DNA of 15,498 bases from a virus (Duplodnaviria; Heunggongvirae; Uroviricota; Caudoviricetes): IMG/VR virus record IMGVR_UViG_2563366800_000001; one strand, written 5' to 3'. Under the pieces are notes generated by a model. That model was not told the DNA's origin and searched no databases. It saw only the letters and a program-made list of their open reading frames with translations. This document shows positions 8,639 to 15,498 of the stretch, in pieces. Every line of letters begins with the position of its first letter. Within the stretch, counting starts at the first letter, position 1. The translations under genes and the position numbers were made by a program.

Positions 8639-10814
8639 TTGCATATTCCTTAGCCCAGCGGGGCAGTGATAATGTCTTAATAGCTGGCCATTCATCGGTA
8701 TTCAGGCAGTCAGACAGGGTTCGCAGATTGCGGTGATATTCCTGTTGACCTGCCAGTTTTGCTTCTTCGCCCATCATGAAAATTTCAACCGGATAACGTC
8801 CGCATTCAATAGTTGTGCTGGCAACCAGAAAAACGAAAGTTGGCTGCACTCCAAACTGTGCTTCATAACCGTCACTGTAGAATGCATCCTGAACGTGATA
8901 GCGGTAGTCGTAATAAGCGGTTTTGAATCGTTGAATATCCGCCGTAGTTTTCACGTCCATGATCCAGTGAAATTCAGGGATAATTTTGTCCGGACGGCAC
9001 CGACACAAAATTCCTGTTTCAGGATCTTCCCAGTAAATTGATGATTCAGCGTGTCCGGCGCTTTCAACAAGCCATTGCCCCAGCGGCAAAGCCATAACGC
9101 TTTGATACATGAGTTCAATTTTCCGGCCTTCTTCCGCAGTGATAACCGTTTTTCCTGTGCTTGCGCATTCCATCAGAAACGCTTTCTCTTCTTCTTTTCC
9201 GGCGTTTGTACGGCGGTTAAATTCAGGTGCTACGATAAAGCGGTTACTGAATTCTTCCGGTTCAAGTACCCGGCAGTGGAAAGCAGTTCCTAAATCGAGC
9301 GTTTTTGTCTTTGTGGTGTCCACGGGGGCATTTTTACGCCACAAATATAGTGCAGGAGTATCAGCAATGTCATCGAGCTGAGACTTACTGATACCGGGAC
9401 CCGCGTGGTAATTCTCATTCGAAATTCCGTAATAAATACCTGGCTCTATGTCTTCTACGATTACGGGATCTGCGACTTCGCCAGTTTCATCACTGCAATC
9501 GCGATGCGGATCGCTGCCAGCATTCTCATTGTGCGGATGTTCAGCGCCTTCCATTTCCTCCGGATCATTTTCCTTAGCTTCAACCTGACTCTCTTCATCG
9601 AATGTTTCCTGGTATGTTGCGTCGCCCATCACCGCACCACAGTCAGGGCAGTTATCCCCGCCAGTCTGGCCGCAGGCATTGCAGGCTATTTCCGGTTCCT
9701 GTTGCACTACTGGCTCAGGTTGATTCATATCTGGGCTGGTTTTTTCCGTTTCTGGCTGGTTCTGGTACACACAATCGCGAGTCTGGATCCCCTTTACCCA
9801 TTTCGGATCGTTCGGGTCGCTAATTCCGTCAACAAATTCACCACGTGATGCAGCAAGCAATTTATCGGCATCGACAGGATTTTTTGATGGAATGTTTTTC
9901 CGGGCTTCATGGAGTTCTGCCCGCAGTTCCTGATATTTCGCATCAACAGAATTTACCTGTGACTGAGCATCCAGCGGCTGCGTGTCCTGATGATGTTCAG
10001 TTGCGTCCGGTTCCATTGTTTCAGCCTCTCCCTGTTCAACTGCCGTTGTTCCAGATGGTTGCGGTTTTTCTTCATCATCCTGTTTTCCTTCTTCTGTTAC
10101 TCGCTGCGGCATCGGGGCAGAGGAGCGACCGCAGGCAATATCCACGATTTCCGGATCAGGGTTGGCATGATCGGTTTCAGTCAGTACTTTGTTCAGATAT
10201 TCAGTGACGTGCGCGGGGATGACCTCGATCCCAATTGGTGCTTCTTTTACGGACGCAACCACGATGGCGCGGGAATAATCCAGCCCGCCAGGCATGGTGA
10301 TGAATTTGTCGCGGAAAACAGAAAAGGGCGGTTTATTTTCAGCGATAATTTCCTCAATGCGTTTAGCGTGTGCCGGATGAAGGTTATAGATGTCCAGATC
10401 CATTGAACGGGCCAGTACGCCAGTGGCTACGTCGCGCGCCAGTGACGTCAGATCGTGTACGAAACCTTCGCCGCGATCGGTGAGGTTTCCGCCGCCAGCA
10501 TTAGCACCGGAAGCCGTGCGAGTGATGTGTGAAACACGATTACCCTTCATCCACTCTTTTGTCAGCAGTCCTCGATCGGTGTAGTCAGCGTTCAGGTATG
10601 CTTCGAAAAAAGCAGTTATCAGTCCCAGGTTTGAATTACCAGGATTAGGGAAAACTTTGTCAGTGTCACGAACCAGTTTGTGGAGTTCGCGAATTTCCAG
10701 CGGGTCGAGCAGGCTGGTTTTGTGGGAAACAGCCAGGGCAGTAACAGCCGGTAGTTCTTCAGCCCGAGCAATGTGTAATGCCTGGAGTCCGTCGCGTGAA
10801 ACGTGCGTTACAGG
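8631..10814 (-). CDS. recE: exonuclease VIII RecE, 5'-truncated (no native start; about 140 N-terminal codons missing relative to the 866-aa reference as I recall it)
   Basis: RecE-like translation runs from ...[21 protein letters not shown]... to ...[12 protein letters not shown]. The first 34 codons of track ORF 8631..10916 (TTG start) are simply the antisense of the endolysin fragment. Confidence 0.8.
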   Translation of the reverse strand, partial: PVTHVSRDGLQALHIARAEELPAVTALAVSHKTSLLDPLEIRELHKLVRDTDKVFPNPGNSNLGLITAFFEAYLNADYTDRGLLTKEWMKGNRVSHITRTASGANAGGGNLTDRGEGFVHDLTSLARDVATGVLARSMDLDIYNLHPAHAKRIEEIIAENKPPFSVFRDKFITMPGGLDYSRAIVVASVKEAPIGIEVIPAHVTEYLNKVLTETDHANPDPEIVDIACGRSSAPMPQRVTEEGKQDDEEKPQPSGTTAVEQGEAETMEPDATEHHQDTQPLDAQSQVNSVDAKYQELRAELHEARKNIPSKNPVDADKLLAASRGEFVDGISDPNDPKWVKGIQTRDCVYQNQPETEKTSPDMNQPEPVVQQEPEIACNACGQTGGDNCPDCGAVMGDATYQETFDEESQVEAKENDPEEMEGAEHPHNENAGSDPHRDCSDETGEVADPVIVEDIEPGIYYGISNENYHAGPGISKSQLDDIADTPALYLWRKNAPVDTTKTKTLDLGTAFHCRVLEPEEFSNRFIVAPEFNRRTNAGKEEEKAFLMECASTGKTVITAEEGRKIELMYQSVMALPLGQWLVESAGHAESSIYWEDPETGILCRCRPDKIIPEFHWIMDVKTTADIQRFKTAYYDYRYHVQDAFYSDGYEAQFGVQPTFVFLVASTTIECGRYPVEIFMMGEEAKLAGQQEYHRNLRTLSDCLNTDEWPAIKTLSLPRWAKEYAND

Positions 10815-11142
10815 AAAAGACATCATGCTCGGTAAAACGTATACCAAAGCAGAATGCAAAACACTCTTGAATAAAGACCTTGCCACTGTCGCCAGACAAA
10901 TTAACCCGTACATCAAAGTCGATATACCGGAAACAACGCGCGGCGCTCTTTACTCATTCGTTTACAACGTGGGTGCTGGCAATTTCAGAACATCGACGCT
11001 TCTTCGCAAAATAAACCAGGGCGATATCAAAGGCGCATGTGATCAGCTACGTCGCTGGACATATGCTGGCGGTAAGCAATGGAAAGGTCTCATGACTCGT
11101 CGTGAGATTGAGCGTGAAATCTGTTTGTGGGGTCAGCAATGA
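10798..11142 (+). pseudogene. phage endolysin (lysozyme), 5'-truncated fragment
   Basis: Homology starts mid-protein at ...[59 protein letters not shown]...CLWGQQ, which I recall as the C-terminal two-thirds of a P21-type endolysin. Upstream residues of track ORF 10657..11142 are antisense recE. Confidence 0.7.
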
Positions 11143-11603
11143 ACAGAGTAACCGCGATTATCTCCGCTCTGGTTATCTGCATCATCGTCTGCCTGTCATG
11201 GGCTGTTAATCATTACCGTGATAACGCCATTACCTACAAAGCCCAGCGCGACAAAAATGCCAGAGAACTGAAGCTGGCGAACGCGGCAATTACTGACATG
11301 CAGATGCGTCAGCGTGATGTTGCTGCGCTCGATGCAAAATACACGAAGGAGTTAGCTGATGCGAAAGCTGAAAATGATGCTCTGCGTGATGATGTTGCCG
11401 CTGGTCGTCGTCGGTTGCACATCAAAGCAGTCTGTCAGTCAGTGCGTGAAGCCACCACCGCCTCCGGCGTGGATAATGCAGCCTCCCCCCGACTGGCAGA
11501 CACCGCTGAACGGGATTATTTCACCCTCCGGGAACGACTGGTAATGATGCAGGCCCAACTTGAAGGTGCTCAGCAATACATAACCGAGCAGTGTTTAAAG
11601 TAA
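11139..11603 (+). CDS. rzpR: Rz inner-membrane spanin (i-spanin)
   Basis: ATG overlaps the endolysin stop (ATGA). Product has an N-terminal transmembrane helix ([20 protein letters not shown]) followed by a coiled-coil-rich periplasmic domain. The track ORF starts 12 nt upstream at GTG. Confidence 0.85.
   Translation: MNRVTAIISALVICIIVCLSWAVNHYRDNAITYKAQRDKNARELKLANAAITDMQMRQRDVAALDAKYTKELADAKAENDALRDDVAAGRRRLHIKAVCQSVREATTASGVDNAASPRLADTAERDYFTLRERLVMMQAQLEGAQQYITEQCLK
11359..11544 (+). CDS. rzoR: Rz1 outer-membrane lipoprotein spanin (o-spanin), embedded in the +1 frame of Rz
   Basis: 61-aa ORF wholly inside Rz. Signal peptide with lipobox VVGC, followed by a proline-rich mature region ([16 protein letters not shown]). 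Confidence 0.8.
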   Translation: MRKLKMMLCVMMLPLVVVGCTSKQSVSQCVKPPPPPAWIMQPPPDWQTPLNGIISPSGNDW

Positions 11604-11685
11604 AATCTTAACTACAATATGATTCATTTTGATGATTGTTTCATAAGGAACAGTGAAGTAAGATCTAAGAGGAGTTAAATTTTAT

Positions 11686-11722
11686 ACAGTATAATCATAA
11701 TATTGCAGCAAGGTGGTTATAA
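11686..11722 (+). promoter_or_regulatory. candidate sigma70 promoter region upstream of trkG (AT-rich, two TATAAT-like hexamers)
   Basis: cagTATAATcataat and ggtTATAATtg lie within 60 bp upstream of the trkG ATG. No clear -35 element, so this is pattern-only. Confidence 0.25.
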
Positions 11723-11740
11723 TTGAAAGAATATTTAGAT

Positions 11741-13198
11741 ATGAATACATCTCATGTAAGAGTTGTTACTCATATGTGTGGGTTCCTGGTTTGGCTCTAT
11801 AGTCTTTCAATGTTGCCACCAATGGTTGTAGCATTGTTTTATAAAGAAAAAAGCCTGTTTGTTTTCTTTATAACTTTCGTTATATTTTTTTGCATTGGTG
11901 GCGGAGCGTGGTATACAACTAAGAAATCTGGTATTCAATTACGTACCCGTGATGGGTTTATTATAATTGTAATGTTTTGGATTTTGTTTTCTGTTATTAG
12001 TGCATTCCCTTTATGGATTGACTCAGAACTTAATTTAACGTTCATTGATGCTCTGTTTGAAGGGGTTTCTGGAATAACAACAACAGGAGCAACTGTAATT
12101 GATGATGTTAGTTCATTACCTCGGGCATATTTGTACTATCGGTCACAGTTAAATTTTATAGGTGGTTTAGGAGTTATTGTTCTGGCGGTTGCTGTATTGC
12201 CATTATTGGGTATTGGTGGTGCAAAGCTTTATCAGTCAGAAATGCCGGGGCCATTTAAGGATGACAAACTCACTCCCCGCCTGGCCGATACGTCACGGAC
12301 ACTGTGGATAACTTATTCTTTATTAGGTATTGCTTGTATTGTCTGTTATAGACTTGCAGGAATGCCTTTGTTTGATGCTATTTGTCACGGGATTTCCACA
12401 GTTTCGCTTGGTGGTTTCTCAACTCATAGCGAGAGTATCGGATATTTTAATAACTATTTGGTTGAGCTGGTGGCTGGTTCTTTTTCCCTGCTATCGGCTT
12501 TCAACTTCACTCTTTGGTATATTGTTATTAGCAGGAAAACGATAAAACCTTTAATCAGAGATATTGAACTTCGTTTCTTTCTGTTAATAGCCTTAGGGGT
12601 GATCATTGTTACCTCTTTCCAGGTCTGGCATATAGGTATGTATGACTTGCATGGAAGTTTTATTCATTCGTTTTTTCTTGCCAGCTCCATGCTCACTGAT
12701 AATGGTTTAGCTACGCAGGATTATGCAAGTTGGCCCACGCACACGATAGTGTTTTTGCTGTTGTCAAGTTTCTTTGGGGGATGTATAGGTTCAACTTGTG
12801 GTGGAATTAAGTCACTTCGATTTCTTATACTTTTCAAACAAAGCAAACACGAGATAAATCAGCTTTCTCATCCCAGAGCGTTGTTGAGTGTAAATGTAGG
12901 AGGGAAGATAGTTACAGATCGTGTAATGAGGTCTGTATGGAGTTTCTTTTTTCTTTATACTCTCTTCACGGTGTTTTTTATACTGGTGTTAAATGGTATG
13001 GGATATGATTTTCTTACATCATTTGCAACAGTGGCTGCATGTATTAATAATATGGGATTAGGTTTTGGGGCTACTGCATCGTCATTCGGAGTGCTTAATG
13101 ACATTGCAAAATATTTAATGTGCATAGCTATGATTCTTGGTCGCCTTGAAATTTATCCTGTTATTATATTGTTTTCAGGTTTTTTTTGGCGCTCCTAA
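11741..13198 (+). CDS. trkG: potassium uptake protein TrkG (TrkH/TrkG family), prophage cargo
   Basis: Start at MNTSHVRVVTHMCGF... (track ORF begins 18 nt upstream at TTG). Polytopic membrane protein with repeated glycine-containing selectivity-filter-like segments (TTTGATV, GGFSTH, GLGFGA). Strongly AT-rich compared with its neighbours. Confidence 0.85.
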   Translation: MNTSHVRVVTHMCGFLVWLYSLSMLPPMVVALFYKEKSLFVFFITFVIFFCIGGGAWYTTKKSGIQLRTRDGFIIIVMFWILFSVISAFPLWIDSELNLTFIDALFEGVSGITTTGATVIDDVSSLPRAYLYYRSQLNFIGGLGVIVLAVAVLPLLGIGGAKLYQSEMPGPFKDDKLTPRLADTSRTLWITYSLLGIACIVCYRLAGMPLFDAICHGISTVSLGGFSTHSESIGYFNNYLVELVAGSFSLLSAFNFTLWYIVISRKTIKPLIRDIELRFFLLIALGVIIVTSFQVWHIGMYDLHGSFIHSFFLASSMLTDNGLATQDYASWPTHTIVFLLLSSFFGGCIGSTCGGIKSLRFLILFKQSKHEINQLSHPRALLSVNVGGKIVTDRVMRSVWSFFFLYTLFTVFFILVLNGMGYDFLTSFATVAACINNMGLGFGATASSFGVLNDIAKYLMCIAMILGRLEIYPVIILFSGFFWRS

Positions 13199-13335
13199 TA
13201 TATGGCTGATTTATAATTGTGAGTTTAATATTATGTTGACTCACTCATTGATCCAATACCTAACTTTACCAGCAACACCTCCGCCCCCAGTAGCACTGGC
13301 TGCTGGGGTGCGTTTTATTCATAAAGCAAGGCTGT

Positions 13336-14130
13336 ATGAGCGAGAAATTAAAGATAGTCTATCGCCCATTACAAGAATTGTCACCGTATGCGCACAATGC
13401 CAGGACGCACAGTACTGAGCAGGTGGCACAACTGGTAGAAAGTATTAAGCAATTCGGCTGGACTAATCCGGTGCTGATTGACGAAAAGGGCGAAATTATT
13501 GCGGGTCACGGTCGTGTTATGGCGGCTGAAATGCTCAAAATGGATTCTGTTCCGGTCATTGTTCTGTCTGGCCTGACGGATGAGCAGAAAAAGGCGTACC
13601 GCCTGGCAGATAATCGCCTGCCGATGAATGCTGGCTGGGATGAAGATCTGTTGCGGATGGAGCTGTCGGACCTAATCAATGCTGATTTTGATGTCTCCCT
13701 GACAGGCTTCATCCCGACAGAAATTGATGAACTGTTGACGGATGTTTTGCCCGGTACAGGAAATGAGGAGGAGCCGTATACGACGAAAATTGATACGCCT
13801 GTTTATGAGCCGTCGGGCGGTAAACCGGATATCAGTGAACTGTACGACGATACGAAAACTCAGGAGCTGATCAGCCGGATACGTTCGGCGTCCCTTGATC
13901 CTGATATTGAGAAATTCCTCCTGTGTGCGGCAGAACGTCACACAGTGTTTAATTTCAGCAGAATTGCGGACTATTACGCTCATGCCCCCGCTGAAATTCA
14001 GTGCCTTTTCGAGGAGTCGGCGCTGGTGATCATTGATTATCAGCAGGCTATTGAAAATGGATTTGTCCGAATGACGCAGCGCATGGTGGAGATCATGCAT
14101 GGCGGGGAGGAGGAGGAGGAATATGCGTGA
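13336..14130 (+). CDS. ynaK: ParB-like nuclease-domain protein (ParB/Srx N-terminal fold, YnaK-like)
   Basis: 264-aa ORF. N-terminus has the ParB-box-like region (NPVLIDEKGEIIAGHGRVMAA) followed by ...YRLADNRL. The C-terminus is acidic and ends in EEEEEYA. Confidence 0.7.
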   Translation: MSEKLKIVYRPLQELSPYAHNARTHSTEQVAQLVESIKQFGWTNPVLIDEKGEIIAGHGRVMAAEMLKMDSVPVIVLSGLTDEQKKAYRLADNRLPMNAGWDEDLLRMELSDLINADFDVSLTGFIPTEIDELLTDVLPGTGNEEEPYTTKIDTPVYEPSGGKPDISELYDDTKTQELISRIRSASLDPDIEKFLLCAAERHTVFNFSRIADYYAHAPAEIQCLFEESALVIIDYQQAIENGFVRMTQRMVEIMHGGEEEEEYA

Positions 14131-14569
14131 TGATTTTTGCGCCTTTATTCTGACTCACGGGCGACCGGACAAAGTTCTGACTTACCGGACGTTGCGTCGT
14201 GCTGGCTATACCGGGAAAATTTTTATCGTTGTTGATGATGAAGATAAGACACGGCATCAGTACATGGCTGAATTTGGTGAACAGGTGGTGAAGGGCGTGA
14301 GCTTCCTGCTCCGTCTGACCGTAACAGCGGATGACGGCAGTGAGCGGCTGGTCAGCACGGCCCGGACGACGGAAACCACATACCGCTTCACGCAACTGGC
14401 GCTGGGGAACTACAGGCTGACAGTCCGGGCGGTAAATGCGTGGGGGCAGCAGGGCGATCCGGCGTCGGTATCGTTCCGGATTCCTGAAGCGCCTGACAGC
14501 CCCCACCATTACCAGCGGTGGCAGTCCTCCGGTATTTTCCCTGACATCAGACGGAAAGCTGACCGCTAA
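14123..14569 (+). pseudogene. composite remnant: about 57 codons of an unknown gene (YdaY-like) fused in frame to an internal fragment of a lambda J-like tail-tip gene, then frameshifted
   Basis: MRDDFCAFILTHGRPDK...GEQVV, then (from about 14290) KGVSFLLRLTVTADDGSERLVSTARTTETTYRF...[22 protein letters not shown], which I recall as lambda J internal sequence. After about 14481 the frame runs into non-J sequence and stops at 14569. Confidence 0.6.
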
Positions 14570-14804
14570 AAATGCGGATATCAGTGGTAGTGTGAATGCG
14601 AACTCAGGAACGCTCAACAATGTCACGATTAACCAGAACTGTACGATTAAGGGCATGCTGGAGGCGACTCAGGTCAGAGGTGACTTCGTTAAAGCTGTAT
14701 CCAAATCATTTCCGAAACAGGCTGGTACGTGGGGTAACACGGAAACACCAAACGGGACGGTTAACCGCGCTGACAGACAATACACAGGGGGCAACAGGTC
14801 TTGA
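14481..14804 (+). pseudogene. second lambda J-like fragment (C-terminal region) in a different frame
   Basis: [50 protein letters not shown]... matches lambda J near its C-terminus as I recall it. It is in the frame of track ORF 14436..14804, shifted relative to fragment 1 at about 14481. Confidence 0.6.
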
Positions 14805-15498
14805 GTTATACGAGGTGTATAACAACGGATATCCAACAGCGTATGGAAATATCATTCACCTGAAAGGGATGACAGCCGTTGGCGAAGGTGAGTTACTCAT
14901 CGGCTGGAGGGGGACAAGCGGGGCTCATGCTCCGGCATTTATTCGTTCACGACGGGATACGACCGACGCAAACTGGTCGCCGTGGGCGCAGCTTTACACC
15001 TCGGCTCATCCTCCTGCAGAGTTTTATCCAGTCGGTGCACCAATCCCGTGGCCATCAGATACCGTTCCGTCTGGCTATGCCCTGATGCAGGGGCAGACTT
15101 TTGACAAATCTGCATACCCGAAACTTGCAGCGGCTTATCCGTCAGGCGTGATCCCTGATATGCGTGGCTGGACGATTAAGGGCAAACCTGCCAGTGGTCG
15201 GGCCGTATTGTCTCAGGAACAGGACGGCATTAAATCGCATACCCACAGCGCCAGCGCATCCAGTACGGATTTGGGGACGAAAACCACATCGTCGTTTGAT
15301 TACGGCACTAAATCCACGAATAACACTGGTGCGCATACCCATAGTTTAAGTGGTAGCACGAATGCAGCTGGTAATCACAGCCATAGAGATGGCCGTCGAT
15401 TTAACCCCAGTGTTTTTAAAGATACTTATCAATATGGTTATACAAGCTCAGGTCAAAATACCTGGGGTGTACAAGGCTCAGTAGGTATGTCTACGGGG
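14770..15498 (+). CDS. side tail fibre protein, C-terminal region (partial; runs past the window end; 5' boundary approximate)
   Basis: Own translation of the frame starting at 14791: ...[39 protein letters not shown]...[24 protein letters not shown]...[15 protein letters not shown]...[19 protein letters not shown]..., with repeated His-x-His boxes typical of lambda Stf / T4 gp37-type fibres. Open to base 15498; incomplete ORFs are not in the track. Confidence 0.65.
   Translation, partial: MTDNTQGATGLELYEVYNNGYPTAYGNIIHLKGMTAVGEGELLIGWRGTSGAHAPAFIRSRRDTTDANWSPWAQLYTSAHPPAEFYPVGAPIPWPSDTVPSGYALMQGQTFDKSAYPKLAAAYPSGVIPDMRGWTIKGKPASGRAVLSQEQDGIKSHTHSASASSTDLGTKTTSSFDYGTKSTNNTGAHTHSLSGSTNAAGNHSHRDGRRFNPSVFKDTYQYGYTSSGQNTWGVQGSVGMSTG

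Noticed and set aside
8733-10584. Chain of + strand ORFs (60-147 aa) across the recE region
   Set aside because: All antisense to the long RecE frame, with low-complexity Phe/Leu/Arg-rich products; no support as genes.
10657-10797. N-terminal 47 codons of the endolysin-like track ORF ([11 protein letters not shown]...)
   Set aside because: This part is antisense recE; lysozyme-like sequence begins only around 10798, so the ORF start is an artefact of the deletion join.
10815-10916. First 34 codons of the recE track ORF (TTG start, [13 protein letters not shown]...)
   Set aside because: Antisense of the endolysin fragment and not RecE sequence; does not represent a real translation start.
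11723-11740. TTG start giving a 491-aa TrkG
   Set aside because: The family N-terminus starts at MNTSHVRVV (ATG 11741); the extension has no ribosome-binding site.
12330-12545. 71-aa ORF in an alternative + frame inside trkG
   Set aside because: Nested in a membrane-protein gene with a hydrophobic artefactual translation.
13137-13418. 93-aa ORF spanning the trkG end and ynaK start
   Set aside because: Crosses an AT-rich intergenic spacer and overlaps two supported genes in a different frame.
13506-14656. Three - strand ORFs (68, 142 and 187 aa)
   Set aside because: Antisense to ynaK and the J-like fragments; Arg-rich shadow frames.
14596-14790. ATG at 14596 as the start of the side tail fibre gene
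   Set aside because: Translation of this stretch ([24 protein letters not shown]...) is Arg-rich nonsense overlapping the J-like frame; fibre homology only begins near 14790, so the frame is open by accident.
14879-15349. Short + and - strand ORFs of 61-68 aa near the right edge
   Set aside because: Out of frame with, or antisense to, the His-box tail-fibre frame.

Overview
This window reads as an Escherichia coli-type chromosomal segment in which three core genes (zntB, dbpA, ttcA) are flanked by phage DNA on both sides. Gene names and protein identities come from my recollection of K-12 and lambda/Mu/P21 proteins matched against the supplied translations; nothing was searched or computed. 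Left (1-1546): the right half of a Mu-G/e14-P-type invertible tail-fibre segment, with two convergent tfa genes, a promoterless tail-fibre tip cassette, a hix/gix-like crossover site (912-937) and a pin serine invertase. Middle (1895-5793): zntB, a terminator, a proline-rich small ORF, dbpA, a REP pair and ttcA. Right (5845-end): a heavily decayed Rac-type lambdoid prophage with intR, xis, ydaC, ralR, recT and 5'-truncated recE, then a deletion scar that joins recE directly to a 5'-truncated endolysin, then Rz/Rz1, AT-rich trkG, a ParB-like protein (ynaK-like) and a mosaic of tail-gene fragments (unknown N-terminus, two J pieces, side tail fibre C-terminus running off the window). I saw no rRNA, tRNA or CRISPR array. 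I did not find a convincing novel multi-gene system. The most unusual observations are structural: the invertase module sits on the opposite side of the core genes from the prophage body, there are several deletion scars, and a polyproline small ORF lies just upstream of dbpA.
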